A DNA stretch of 64,000 nt from Camelus ferus (Eukaryota): positions 60,948,001 to 61,012,000 of the forward strand of contig NC_045697.1 of NCBI RefSeq assembly GCF_009834535.1, read 5' to 3'. Below the pieces are notes generated by a model. The model saw only the letters and a list, made by a program, of their open reading frames with translations. It made no database searches and was not told where the DNA came from. A program made the translations under genes and the position numbers. Shown here in pieces: positions 13,209 through 27,119 of the stretch. Each line of letters opens with the position of its first letter. The stretch's first letter is position 1.

Positions 13209-14271
13209 TTTCTTCTTAGAAATATTTTATCTAGATCCTAACATTTCTGTTTTCGGAATTATTTTAAATTAAAAAAAATGTATATAGTGTGTAGGCAAAA
13301 TATTAAATTAGTTATTTATACATTCCCAAAGAGAGTTAGTATTTTAAATCTAATTATGACTATTTAATATAAATTTGATTTCTCAAAGATTGACTTCTGC
13401 ATTTCTTAAAAATACAGTTAAATTCAAAATTTAAAAAGGCAATACATATATATGCAAGTTTTAGTATGGCTTTGTGAAATTTACAGCATTAAGAAATAAC
13501 TTAATTTTAATAAAGACTGTGAAACATTAATTAACCCATTCTGCTGGCCACTATGTATATTGGCAAAATAACTGAGTTAATATTTATGTAGAAACTGATA
13601 TTGATGTCTGTAAAAATAAAGTTGTCTTTCTATATTAAACATAACTGCTGCCTTATTGCCTAACTCCATATTCAAGTTTCAGATTATCATAATATTGATG
13701 ACTTCCATAGAAAAGAAGATTTAGAGAATAGTATTTTATGTAGCCTTTAGAATTCTATGCCAAGAATTCTATACCAAGAATTCTATTCTTGGTATAATGT
13801 ATTTTTTTCAATAAATAAAATTCTGGATACAAATTTTTAAAATAATCTTAATAGAATAATAGAATAAAAAAGGAAAAAATATTATTTTAGAATTTTGGTT
13901 ATCAAGTGGCTGATAATATAGATTCAAAAGTGCCTTATATTTTTTCTTTGATTGATAATAAAAGCAAATTAACTAATATGTGGCTATCTTAATTTTTATC
14001 CAAGTTAAAATATCATTTATATATATATATAAATTTATATTTATATATATATATATTTTAGGCCTCATAAAAAAATTGAATTCATATTACATGAAAAAGA
14101 GTGGTAATTTTAAAAAAAGCATCTTTCTGACTAGATTTGATTCCTTTTTTCTATAATAAATATTTAGACTAGTAAAAACATACAGTGCTCCAAGAAATAT
14201 TTTTGTACTAAATAGTTTTGAGTTTTACTTTCTTATTTCCTTTTTTTAAAAGGTTTTTTCAGTGAAATGTG

Positions 14272-14307
14272 TTTCAATTTTAGTACACGTGCTGCGGAAG
14301 AGAGCAC
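14272..14307 (-). pseudogene. 3'-truncated U6 snRNA retrocopy (U6 nt 1-36)
   Basis: Reverse complement GTGCTCTCTTCCGCAGCACGTGTACTAAAATTGAAA matches U6 GTGCTCGCTTCGGCAGCACATATACTAAAATTGGAA at 31/36; flanked by TTTCAGTGAAATGTG / TTGCAGTGAAATATG direct repeats. Confidence 0.9.
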
Positions 14308-15559
14308 TTGCAGTGAAATATGACACTGTGGAGAAAGGAACACTCTTTGATCTTGAAATCAGAACTTCAATCTGCTCTTTGCTGTGTTTCTGTAGTTCAG
14401 AACCCTGGCGTATTTAATCATATAACCAAGAGTCTAGTACCACTATCCAGTTATGAGCAATCACTTTAGATAGACCACATACAACATGGTGACCCTTTTC
14501 CAACAATCTTTTCCTTTCTCTGTAGATAATGTTTACAAATCTTCATCATTTTCTTTAGGTCTTCCACCCAACTTCTTTCTCTCTACTCACTTTAACCTCC
14601 TCTTGTCTACTCATAAGCCTCTGCACCTTTGTATTTGTCATTTCTTTCTTTCCTTCCAGTATATGAAGACTGGAAGAGACTATTAAGATTATATGTATTA
14701 GCTAATGCTAATCCAGATTATCTGTATTCTTCACACATTACATGCTCTCTCCACTCTTTTTTTCTCCCCAATTTGCTTTTCCTAGAATTTTGAGTATCTT
14801 CAAAGTTTCATCACCAGACTTCAGTTACATTGTATTGGCTATTTTGGCAAGCTTTCCCACTGAAATATTTGAAATACAACCTATGTGTTCATAATTCCTA
14901 ACCCGTATCTTCAAGATTGACCTCTCTCATGCCTTGCAAGTTCATACATCCAATTAGTTGCTGAATTTCTTCACTTGGGCATCTCACAAACTCAGCATAT
15001 TCAAAAAGCAGCTCTTCAGAGTTGCCTTTAGAACTCATTCTTCATCCCTCTTCTATATCAGGTAACTTCAACCTAGTAATTCAAATTTAAAATAATGCTA
15101 GTGATCTATGCTCCTCCCTATCTCTAAATGTGCATTAAGACTCTAAACAAGTCTTGTTTCATCTGAGTAATAGTCTACTAAAATTACTTCTTTAGATTAT
15201 TTCTCCATCATAGATTTTTGTGAGGATTAATTGAGATAATGCAAAGTGTTTAAAATAGAGTCTGTCTGATGATGAATATCAAGAAATGTTAGCTGCTACC
15301 ATTATAATTTTTAGCATAATTACTATTTTTTAAATGTACTGTATTGAGTTATTCAAAACCAAGGTGAGCAAACCTGAACTAGGCAGAGGAAATAGCAAAA
15401 GCAAAGCTAGAATATAATAAAGAGAAAATAAATTAATTGTTCAGTGTTATTGTATTATGAAGTATTTACCAGAGACAAGATGGAGACAAGCCTGGAAAAA
15501 CACATTGAGTCCAAGATTTAAAGTGTCCCAGAAATCCCAAGTAGTAAATGAGAATATCA

Positions 15560-17390
15560 AAGACATAAAAATCCCAATGAAAGAGGAAGCACCTGGAATG
15601 ACATGGTAAAGGCCTAATAAAGGTGTTCCTTTGCAAAAGCAATGAGGATATTGGCAAAAATGATCAAAATCAACATTTTCCCAAATTCTGGAAATCAACC
15701 AAAGGTTGGTAACAATCTGAAGGGCATTTATTCAAGAAAAATGCCTGAATCATGGTAAGAACAGTGATTTTTATGGAGTTTCCATTTGCTTATTTCTGTC
15801 ATCCTCTCCCCAGTTCCATGGTAGCTTTGAAATGTGTCACCTAGTGACACAAACCTGGAGCTTCCTAAAAAGTCCCACCTTCATAGGATTTTAACTATAT
15901 TATCTGTTTGGCAACTCTGTGGACAAGCCCCATTCATGGGACTTGTCTTTAATTGACCTAAGTTTTTTTTTTTTTTTTTCGTTTTCATACTATTTTTTCA
16001 TTATAGGTTACTACAAGATGCTGAATATAGTTCCATGTGCTATACAGAAGAAACTTGTATATCTATTTTATATATAGTAGTTGGTTATCTACAAATCTTG
16101 AACTCCCAATTTATCCCTTCCCGTCACCCTTCCCCCTGGTAACCATAAGTTTATTTTCTATGTCTTTGAGTCTGTTTCTATTTTGTAAATAAGTTCATTT
16201 GTGTCTTTTTTTAATTAGATTCCACATATGAGTGATATCATATGGTATTTTTCTTTCTTTTTCTGGCTTGCTTCACTTACAATGACAATCTCCAGGTCCA
16301 TCCATGTTGCTGCAAATGCATTATTTTATTTTTGTTTATGGCTGAGTAGCATTCCATTGTATAAATGTGCCACAACTTCTTCATCCAGTCATCTGTCAAT
16401 GGACATTTAGGTTGTTTCCATGTCTTGGCTATTGTAAATAGCTGTTATAAATACTGAGATTTTGCTCAGTTAGGGAAGCTCTTGTCTTAGGATTTTCATC
16501 AAAGTAGTGATACCAGTTGAGGAAAATAAGAGGGTGGCGGAAGACTTAAAAGGGAAATCTTAGGACTGTGATGGCTCTAAGGGATCTGGAAAAGTTCTAA
16601 CCTATTCCTGGAAATGTAGAGACCATGTGCATGTACAGGGCTGTATGTATGCTAAGGGAAGACCTGAGGCTTTAATATCTCACATTTTTCTGACCTTGAG
16701 CCTCCATGTAAGCAGAAAATGAAGGTTAAGGCAAAATTGTTAATTGTAGGTGTTTTGAAGTCTTGCCCAATACAAGGAGCCCCTCAGCAATGGGTAGAAG
16801 ACTAATTTATAAAATGTATTAAGAAAATAATTATCAGCTGACTACTACAGCCACAGAAAATTGACTTCAGTGGTCTCAAAAGACAATAGAGACTAGTATA
16901 GGAAAGTCACTAAACAAACAAATAACAAAGAAAACAAGCCCTAGAGGGAAGGGAGAGGATATGGTTTCTAGCATCATTGTATTCTCTTTATTCAAAATAT
17001 CCAGTTGAAAAATACTTGAAGTATGCAAGGAAACAAAAATGTATTGTCAATACAAAAGGAATAAATATTAAGTCTATAGAAAGTGTCCCAGAAGAAGCCC
17101 ACATTTTGGATTAACTGGATGAAGAGTTTAAGGCAGTTATTATAAATATGTCCAAAGAACCAAGAAAACTCTATTTAAAGAATAAGTGAAAAGTATGGGA
17201 ATGATGTCTCACAAATAAAGAATATTAGTAAAGAGATAAAAAATTGTTTAAAAAGAAGCAGAAAAATTCTGGAATTGAAAATTACAATAACCGAAATGAT
17301 TTGAGCTTCCAAAAATAAAGAACTGGCAAAGTTGGAGGTAAGTCGGTTGTGATAGCCAGTGTGAGGAACAGAAAGAAATGATGAAGAAAC
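15560..17390 (+). mobile_element. Old L1M 5' UTR/ORF1 region, interrupted by a younger L1
   Basis: AAAATCAACATTTTCCCAAATTCTGGAAATCAACCAAAGG and ORF1-like GCAGTTATTATAAATATGTCCAAAGAAC...AAATTCTGGAATTGAAAATTACAATAACCGAAAT. Confidence 0.7.
15963..16445 (-). mobile_element. Lineage-specific L1 3' end with poly(A)
   Basis: Poly-T then TTATAGGTTACTACAAGATGCTGAATATAGTTCC...TAGATTCCACATATGAGTGATATCATATGGTATT, a cetartiodactyl-type L1 3' end. Confidence 0.88.
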
Positions 17391-18068
17391 TTTGTTGAGG
17401 AAGTAGAGAAATCAGAACCTTTAAAATTGTTAATTGGATTATAAAATGATACAGCTATATTGGAAAAGTTTGGCAGTTCTTCACAATGTTAAGCATAGCA
17501 TTACTACATGACCCAGTAATTCTACTCTTAGGTGTAAATCCAAGAGAAATTAGAGGGCATGCCCACATAACAACTTTTACATGGTTGTTCATAGCATCAC
17601 TGTTCATAATGGTACAAAAGAAGATACAACCCAAATATCCATCAACTGATGAATGGATAGCCAGATATACAAAGCAGTATATCCATACAATGGAATATTA
17701 TTTGACAATAAAAATGAAGTACTAATATATGTTACATCATGGATGAACTTTGAAAATACTATGCTAAATTAACAAGGCCAACTACAAAAGAAAACTATTG
17801 TACAGTTCCATTGTGTGAAATTCCAGAATACAGAAATACATATAAAAAGTAGATTCTTGATTCCAGGAGTTTGGGAGATGAGGTAATGAGAATTGACTTC
17901 CAATGGATATGAGTTTTCTTTCGATAGTGGTCTGATGTACTCTGGAATTAGGTAGTGTGATGGCTGTACATCTCTGTGAATATAATAAAAACACTGAATT
18001 ATACACTTTAAAGGGAGAATTTTCTGCTTTATGAATTTATCTCAATAAAATTATTATTTAAAAAAAAT
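17390..18068 (+). mobile_element. L1MB/MC-type 3' end
   Basis: ORF 17486-17725 resembles the ORF2p C-terminus (QPKYPSTDEWI...YIHTMEYY); ends ATCTCAATAAAATT..A-tail. Confidence 0.85.
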
Positions 18069-18633
18069 CTAATGAACACAGATAGCCTTGTCAGAAACTG
18101 AGTAATAGTTTTCAGTTTATTATTTTGCATTGGTTAGTGGTGTTTATATATAATAATGAACTTACAATATACATTAGTAACATATATTATATATGTGTAT
18201 ATTAAGGCAAAATTTAGTATAAAAGGAAATGAGTGATATTAGATCTTGGCATTTGTTCCTTGCATGTAATGTGCTTTAAATAAATAGTTTTCATGTTTTG
18301 CGTAGTTACAAGCTATATATACATATATATATACACACACACACATATGCATATATACACATACACATATATATTTTTAGGAAACTGAAAGAAAGCAGAC
18401 TTCTAGAAAAATTTTCTTGTCTCCTTGTCTCTCTGTCTCGATAGATGTCTTGTGTGTTTGTCCATGTGTATATGCTAAAAACAATAAAAATATACAGCAA
18501 TAAATTTTACATATGTAAACAAAAGAATATAATATAGCAATGAGAATGAAAATCTATAATTTAATGCAACAATATAGATATTGCAAACATGATTAGGAGT
18601 AAAAGAATTATATTTTCTTAAAAGTTTGCTTTA

Positions 18634-18761
18634 GGGGAGGGTATATGCATGGTAGAGTATATGCTTAGCATGCACAAGGTCCTGGGTTCAATCCCCAGTA
18701 CCTCCTCTAAAAATAAATAAATAAGCCTAATTATTCCCCCTTCTAAAAAAACATTTTTTAA
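18634..18761 (+). mobile_element. tRNA-derived SINE, camelid Vic-1-like
   Basis: GGGGAGGGTATA..TGGTAGAG..TGCTTAGCATGCACAAGGTCCTGGGTTCAATCCCCAGTACCTCC with A/B boxes; TSD AAAAGTTTGCT / AAAAGTTTACT. Confidence 0.9.
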
Positions 18762-21459
18762 AAAAGTTTACTAAAAAAGAGTACCTATGGCATGATTCAA
18801 TTTATACACAACATGAAAAAAGAAGACATAACTATTCTATGCTTTGAAGGTAGGATAATGATTCCCTTGTAGGATCTGGAAATCTGGACTTGTATGGTAC
18901 TGGTAATAGTCTCTTATTTAATCTAGGTGTTGGTTTTATAGTTATGATAGTTTATAAGAATTCATTGAGCTGTTCATTTGTGGGTACTTAAACATTTCTG
19001 TGTGTTCACTATGCTTCAAAAATATGTTGCCACATAATTTACTTAGTGTTTATACTATAGAATTAAATAGAAAATTAAGAGCAATATATCTTAAGAATTG
19101 CAAACTGTTCAACATCACTTAAGTAAGTTAGGCAGACATACAATTGACAGTATAAACTTAAATAATATGTAATGATTAAATAAAAATGTTAGGGACAATA
19201 ATGATTATAGCCTGTCTTCTCACGTTCAATATTATGACAGTGTCAATGAATAATAAGGAATTGAGGAGATGGACAGGGAAAAGCCTCCTTTTTCATGTGA
19301 TTTTTCTTCAGCAGTGAACTTAATATATTTCTTTTCATGATATGCTCATTAGTTATTGTACCAACAATTTAATAATATATTCAGTTCAGAGGCAGGTGTT
19401 TATATATTTGGATGCTTTTTTTAGTGTGTAGACATAACCAATTTTTCTGAATCTTGGATGTCTGAGAATATTTGATTTCTCAACAACTCCATGGTTCTGA
19501 ACTTTTCTAGGGTTATCAAAATCTTTCTTTTTCTTCTTTTTTTCCTTTTCTTTCTTTCTTTTTCTTTTTTTAGGAAAGACTAGAGCATGACTAAATGATT
19601 CTAGAAAGAACATAATAAACATGAATGAATGCCTTGATAGACTGATAACATATAGGAGGCTTTAGTACATATATTGAATACAGAATATTATAAATTTAAA
19701 GCCAATTTGAATTTTGTTTTCTCCTAGTAACTCTAAACCCAAAAAAATAGCTATGACACATTGTGCTACTGTAACACTGCAACAGAGTCAACAGTTTTAG
19801 TTCTTCAATTTGCATATAATTTGAAGGGGACATTTTAACATCGCTCAGGTATTTACAAATTACTATGGTATCCACCAGAGTGTTCTATTTCCAAAGAAAA
19901 GGTGTTTTGCCACATATTACCCTTTCCCATAGAATGAGACATTTGCTAAAATCACTCTGTAAATACAGAGCTAGGTTTTATACCTCAGAGTTGCAAATGT
20001 TATTTAATTTAGACTCATAATAAAGAAACAGCATATAAAATTTGCAGATAGCGTACACAACGTAAAAATGCCTTTCTAATAAAAGATGATCACTAGGGGG
20101 TCACTGTGATTCTGTCTTACATGCAAAAACTCTTTCAAACAAGACTTGAGAGTGTTAGGAAGTTACCAAGTTAACTAACTTGAAGGTGATTGTGGAGAGT
20201 GCAGAGCAGTTTATTAATTCCTGACCCAGTTTGAACTTGATGGTGTATTTTTTTTCATAGATGGTAAGGAAGCTGCAATTTAGCAGGTAATGTACTCTTT
20301 CCTGTCTGTAACTCCACCTCCGCATGTAAGAAGCACACATCAGAAAATGTGTATGTATCTGTCTATGACTGACTAGGATAAGGGCTAGTTCATTTCTTTT
20401 GTGGCCTTCCACAAGCCTATTTTGTATGAGTGGAAATAACCCAATCAGTACCTTTAGGTCAAGCCCTTTGTCTTCATCTTCCTTATAGGTCCACAGCCTA
20501 CCCCAATGCCGACCTCAAAGCAGATGTTTGAATTAACATTGGCTGAATAATTAATAGCTTACATGCTGCTAATACTGAAACACTTGTTTCATCATTAGTA
20601 TTTTGTACAGCCTTAATATAAAATGCACTCTCTCTTATATTCGTGTTTAAAACGAGAGAACTCCTCAAAGATTATTCTTAGAATGACTATTTGGATAAAA
20701 TCGGAAGTACTTAATTCATAAATTAGTTTAAAGAGTCTTTGAAGCTGGAGTTTCCTTGATCATAGCAGAAAGGGTCAAGGATAATTTTTCACACAACTGC
20801 CACCTGGCTGACTGACACAGCTGAAAACACCACTGGCTGAACGATGCATTCTATTTTCAAAGTTAAAATGAAAAAATTTTTAAATGAACTACTGGAAAAA
20901 GATGGATACAAATTGGCTTTTCTCTAGGAAAAATAGTCCGAAACATATGTTGACTTTTGTGCCCTCTCATGTCACTTTCTTTATGCCCATGTGACTGAAG
21001 GTCCCACCCTCCTCTGATGACCCTGTCCTGGCTTTGTCCCCAAACACTCTTTACTGCCAGTCTCATTACTATACTCACCCTCCCAAGCTCACTCTCGTGT
21101 TTTCAAACTTAATTGTTCTTTAAAGCTCTGCTCTAGTTTTTACTGTTTTTTAATTTGAAAAATCTCATTTTTTCCAAAAAACATAATAAGGCTTCATGGC
21201 AGACTAGTGAGTACCATTTTTAAGGAATACTAATGACAATCTATCCAGGCAGTTGTATAACTTAGCTCCATGGATAATAACTAACAATAAATGGGTATAA
21301 AGAAATATCATTATTTGAGGACCAACTCATGCTCAGCACTATGATAAAGGATCAGGATTCTGAGAGGAGCAAGATAGACATATATCCAGAAACCATGGAC
21401 TTTATATTATAGCATGATAAATTGCCGACAAATCACATTTAAAGTTCTCCTTTTTAAAA

Positions 21460-22320
21460 AGACATTATTTATTGCTTTCAAATGCAATAGTAATATGTGC
21501 ATAGGGTAAAAATTCAAATATACAAGCATTTAAGTCTCTTTTATTCACTCTTCAGTGGAAAGTAGCTTTAAATGCTTTGGTGTATATTTCTAGGTGTTTC
21601 TCTCTCTGAGATCTCAGTCTCCTTCTCTGTCATCTCTCTCATACACACATAATTTTTCAGAAGAAATATTATTTTTCTATCTGTATATTTTTCTTCCCAG
21701 GTTTATTTAACTACACTACATTATGGAGTTATTTCTGTGTCAGTACTTATTAATTTGTATCACTGTTTATAATGGTTTTATAATATTTCATATTATAGTG
21801 GCTACATTCATCATGATATATTCACTTTTTGGATTATTTACAACTTTTCCTCATAAAAGGTATGCTTCAGTGGCCATCGCTGATCATACATCTTTGGCTA
21901 CATGTGCAAAAGCTTTTGTAGGATAGAGCATTAGTAGTAGAATTATTGGCCAAATGAAATATTTGACATTTTGTTACACAGTGTCTATTAGCCTTTATAA
22001 ATGCTATATACTTTGTATTTCTATCCAAGTATATGAATATATTGATTTCTGATACTCTTACTGATATGACATAATAGCATTATTTTTATTGGTCATTTGA
22101 TATGTTTTTCTTGGTCAACTAGAAATGAAATTTGTTTTCTCTACCATATGTATTATTATAATTGCTGAAGTCTTACTACTAGTTTATATACTTGGGCTAT
22201 GATTTATACTCCTTCTGAGAACTAATGCTTCATTTTTATCACATATGTTTTTTGACTGAGTATTTTTTTTAAATTTTGGAGAACATTTATATATTACATG
22301 GATCAAGCAATTATTTCTAT
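21460..22320 (-). mobile_element. Old L1ME-like 3' region
   Basis: CATACATCTTTGGCTACATGTGCAAAAGCTTTTGTAGGATAGAG..TAGTAGTAGAATTATTGGCCAAA. Confidence 0.6.
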
Positions 22321-23927
22321 TTCCCAAGAATAAGACAAACAATCAAATAATTATCATTTATTGTCTATCTATTATGGGCCAAGAACTGTGCTAGAATCTT
22401 TAAAGTTACTATTTTTATTTCTTGCAACAACTCTGTGAGAGTAAGATTATTAACTTCCATTTTACAGATAAGAATGAATTCTCAAAGGGGCTAACTAACG
22501 TACTAAGATCAGAGGTAAAAAGTGATGACATCACTGCTGTATGTAGATGAGGGATAAGGATTGAGTGAACAGTTATTCTGGTTCACATAGCCTTAGCAGT
22601 TCTAGCTTTCAAAAGTACTGCATCCAGGGAATCCCCACATCTCAGAGAAAGTAAGACAGTTGATCATCCTAGAGGAGGACATGTCCATTAAGTTGAAATA
22701 AAGCAAATGAAGGTGGCCAATCTTGAGAAAAGTATAATTTGAAAGTTAGAATTCTAAATCACTTGAAGTTACTTCTTTTTCTGGAACCAATCAGAAAAGT
22801 AATGTATGGTTCTGAAACACTCTACTATAAAGGTGGAATCAGTTAGGGTAAGTTTATAATTATAGGACACCAGATCACTTCCACTGGAGAAAGTATATTT
22901 GTCTAGAAAACCAGTATTCTGACTATGTAACCATTAGTATGAAAACATTGTGAGTTAAGTAAATCTGTAAGCTAGATTCTGTGCAATCAGTTATGAAAGG
23001 GCAAAGGAATTCTGACATTCAGTACTTCAAGGTTTTTGCAAATGTAATTATCTCTACAAGGTGGTCACTGATTGAGTTTTACCCTTTTTTTTTTTCTCTT
23101 TAAAGATTAGATCCACAAAAATGTTTTCTCACTGCTAATTTTGTCATACATTTTTGGATTTCCTATTATGGGTAACAGAGGAGCAGAAAACATTAAATGG
23201 CTAAGAAACAAGTGTTTTCTGACCTTTTAAAAATAACACTACATCATAAATACAGTCCATAACACAAGCACCATATGCTCAATTTTTGTCAGTAACCTAG
23301 AAAATGTAAGAATGCTTATCATGATCAAGTCTCTTTTGGCTTTAGGAAAAAGATTCATTTGAGATCTTATCCTTTGTTTTGAAAAGATCAATTCCATCCT
23401 ACCAGTTTCAACATCAAGAATGATTTTGAAGAAATGAATAATCAAAGTAATAGAATGAATACTAGAAACACTATTGTGTATAGAAATTGTCTTGAAATGA
23501 ATGTTACTGTAATTACCATACTGTTTGATTTCTATGTTTTGAATTATTTTGATGAATCCATTTTGTTTTAATTATTTTGATTTGAGTTATCTATATAAAA
23601 GAGTTGCTTTAATTATAGTTCTTAACAGGTATTTTTTCCCATTCTATTTAGCCTTCTCTTCTTTAAGTTTCTCAACAATGTATTATGTTTTACTCACATC
23701 AACCAGTGCCTCCTTTCCCTTCTCCCCAGGACAGACTAGACTATGTAATGAATATATCAAATACTAGAACTGGCTATAGGTTCCTTGGTCTACAAATTTA
23801 AAAATATCCAGCATTCTTTTTTAAGTACCTCATAATCTTAATGCACTGTTATAACAAATCAAATGGCTGAGGTTCTATGGGAATAAAAGGAAGAAAAACA
23901 CATCATCTATTTAAGTTTTCTTAAAAA

Positions 23928-23958
<31 letters not shown>

Positions 23959-24169
23959 TATGTGCATGTAAATACAAATGTTGGAGATAAGGTAGTTAGT
24001 TTTGGGAAATATTTCCTGATGTTGTTTTATTTATCTCTTCATATATTTTCATTGTTTACTTGATGTTGCTTACATTTTCTGAAGTGATGAATGTTCTTTT
24101 AATTCATAAACATGTAATAGTCCAAACACTGATAGTTACAAGAAAACGTTAGTCCAATAGTTCTCAGAG

Positions 24170-24445
24170 TATTGTCCATAAGGTCTAAATCATGTTCATA
24201 ATAATACTGAAACTCATTTGACTTTTCACTGTGTGACATTTGCACTGATGGTGTTAAAGTAATAGTGGGTAAAACTGCTGGTGCCTTTGTGCAGTGGCTC
24301 CTCGTGAGCGTTCATTGTAGTTGACATTGCCACACGCTCATGGTAAATAAAGTAACTTTTCCATTTAAGAATGTTCTTGAAAAAATTGTTGTTGAATCTC
24401 AATTCCTGAATATATGACTTTATAAAATAGTCTCTGTGACAAAAT
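24170..24445 (+). mobile_element. hAT Charlie1-like DNA transposon fragment
   Basis: Translates to CDICTDGVKVIVGKTAGAF, matching the hAT/Charlie CTDGAxAMxG motif. Confidence 0.75.
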
Positions 24446-24519
24446 TATAAGGACAGAGAGTTTACAAGGTTGAATGATTATAATATTCACCTAATATCTG
24501 CCCCCCAGTTAGCCTACAT

Positions 24520-25280
24520 TTCTGTACATGGCAGAGACCAAACCTGGAAGTTGCAATAACAAAGAAGAATTTCAATAATCCAAAGGAGAGATGATGATAG
24601 TATAGACCAGACTAGTAATGATGAAGAGGGAGGTAAGTAGATAGCTTTAAGGAGCAGCTGCATAAAATGACTCAACAGTACTTTATGATTCATTCTAAGT
24701 AGTTATAGAGTGAGAGAGAGTTGTCTAAGGTGCCTTCCAAGTTGCTCGGTGTCATTTACTGAGATAAAAATATAGGAGGAGGGGCAGCCGTGAGTGGGAA
24801 GATTTTAGAAATGTTGAGTTTCAAGTGGAAATGCTCATCTACTTCTACATAAATATTTAAATAAGTGCTTGAAGCCAGGAAATAAGTCTCAAAAGGAGCA
24901 ACAGATTTTGAAAGAACATTGATGGTAACTAAAACCATAGGGATAAATAAAAAGTAGGGGATTTAGAACAGGAAGGAAGAAGGTTATGAGGTGGGCAGAG
25001 AAAAGAGAGCACTAAAGGAGACTGAGAACCAGTGACCAAATAAATAGGACTGAAACAAAGAGAAGGTGATTTCAAAGAAAAGGCAAAGATGGGAATACTT
25101 GTCTATTTCTAATGCTTCTGAGAGATGAAATAAGGTATAGATTGAGCAGTATCATCAATATGGGGTCCAAATATAATCAGTGATCTTGACAAACACAGTA
25201 TTGGAGGAATGGCTAGACTGAAAGTGATTGAGAACATAGTGACAAGAAATGGGAGATGAATAAGAGAAAGCAGCTGTACT
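24520..25280 (-). mobile_element. L2 fragment
   Basis: Purine-rich L2-like text (TTTTAGAAATGTTGAGTTTCAAGTG; CAGTGATCTTGACAAACACAGT). Confidence 0.6.
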
Positions 25281-26272
25281 AATCAGAATGCAAACACCAC
25301 ATAAACAATAGGTAGCTTACCAAGACTTACGCTGGTATTGTGTGGAAAACACACTTTTCCCAATGCTGCTTAAGCTAAGATATTTTATGTACTTAGATCT
25401 GTTATATGTCTGCTAATGGCGATTCAGACTCCCTTGAAATATAAATAAGAGCCTAACATTTACAAATGAGGTTTTTTTTTTTAAATTCAAATATCATGGT
25501 AAAGTTGATAAATAGCTCAAATGCCTCAATAAGTATGTCAAATTCAATTACTCATATCTACACTGTATATAGGAAAAGCAAAACACAAGATTGTTCTATT
25601 ATTTTATGATTGCTTTCATCTAAAGTTAGAAGACTAAGAAACATCTAAATTCATATTGCGTCTTTCATTAAGTTTTCAATATTGTTATAAATATAATTTC
25701 ATCTGTCCTTCCTGTATCTTATGGGACAGATAGAAAATATTATTAACTTTGGCTTAAATAAAATCTGTAAATTGTTTTCCAAACATATCTATAGTGTACA
25801 TACATGGGTTAACCCTTAGTAAGCTGAATTTTTCTAAATTAGACAGTTAAGTGAAAAGCAGTACATTCTCCACCTATAAAATATCTAACATTTATTAAAT
25901 GCTTACTATATTCAAGCATACATCAAGCATTTTTATGCATTTTATTAGTTAATCCTCAAACCAACTCTATGTGATGGGTTCTATTATTAAAGGACAAAAT
26001 TCAGACTTGGAAAGCTCAGGGAACTCATTCATTTCACATAATTACTAAATAAAGGATATGAATTAGGAATCCAAATTTATCTGAACTCATTCATTCATTC
26101 AATAAATACTGATTCCATCCCATTATATGCTAAGCACCAATGTGAATTCCTGAGATGTATTAATGAATACAGCCAAGAAATATCTCTTTCATTGTGCCAC
26201 TTACTTTCTGTTGGGGAAAATCAGACTGCAAACAATAAACATTAAATAAATAAATAAGGCAGTAGACTAGAA

Positions 26273-26493
26273 CAGGTGTTGGCAAACGTTTTCGAAAAGG
26301 CCAGATAGTAAATATTTCAGGGATTGCTGGAAATAAGGTCTCTGTTGTAACTGCTGAACTCTGCCATTGTAGTGTGAAATTAGCTATAGATAATATGTAA
26401 AAAGATGAGCATGGCTGTGTTCCAATAAAACTTAATTTGCAAAACAAGTGAAGAGCTGGATTTGTCCCATAGGCTGTAGTTTGGCAAGCCTTG
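26273..26493 (+). mobile_element. MER58A-like hAT MITE
   Basis: CAGGTGTTGGCAAAC...GGCCAGATAGTAAATATTT...GGCTGTGTTCCAATAAAACTT...GTTTGGCAAGCCTTG; degenerate TIRs and 8-bp TSD GACTAGAA/TGCTAGAA. Confidence 0.9.
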
Positions 26494-26619
26494 TGCTAGA
26501 AAATAATACATTATTGTTTTGTGGATTTTTTGTCTTTGTGTGTCTGTGTGTGTATGTGTCTTTAGATTCGATATTTCTCTAGAATCTAATAATCACATCA
26601 ATTAATCACTGGACCAAAA

Positions 26620-27090
26620 TAACAACCAAAGTTGTTTACATAACCCCTATAATCCAGCTTTCATGGGCAAGTGAAAATCACATTACAAACCCTCTCACCA
26701 ATCTTGAGTCCATACACCCAACCACTTTCTTTATCTAACTCACACACACCAAACCAACATTTCCCCTGCTGTAAATCCGGGCTTGTTCCAGACACACTAG
26801 AGACTATCTCTATACCCCAAGCCTGCTGACATTATTCAAATTAGCCAAACCTACACAGTTTCCCCTGCTGTTTCCTGCAGAAAATTAATTGAAGGCTCTG
26901 AGCCACGTTTTCCTTTCACCCTTTTTCTGCCTCCTAACTGAACTTGGTGTTTTCCCTATGACCCTGCATAGTGTAGCATAACCTTTTCTCTCAGGAACTG
27001 TAAGTAACAAAAATCTTCTTTAATGTCATTGGTTTCTGTGTGTCATAACTCAACCACCAATATAAATCAAACCCTGATATAAATCAATGC
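26620..27090 (+). mobile_element. ERVL-class LTR (MER54/MER73/MER74-like)
   Basis: CCCCAAGCCTGCTGACATTATTCAAATTAGCCAAACCTA...GGAACTGTAAGTAACAAA resemble recalled consensus. Confidence 0.55.
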
Positions 27091-27119
27091 CTTGGAGAAA
27101 AGAAAAAGTATAGTAAATA

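Noticed and set aside
18634..18705. tRNA-like sequence
   Set aside because: Head of a SINE with tail and TSD; a second copy sits at 37762-37877.
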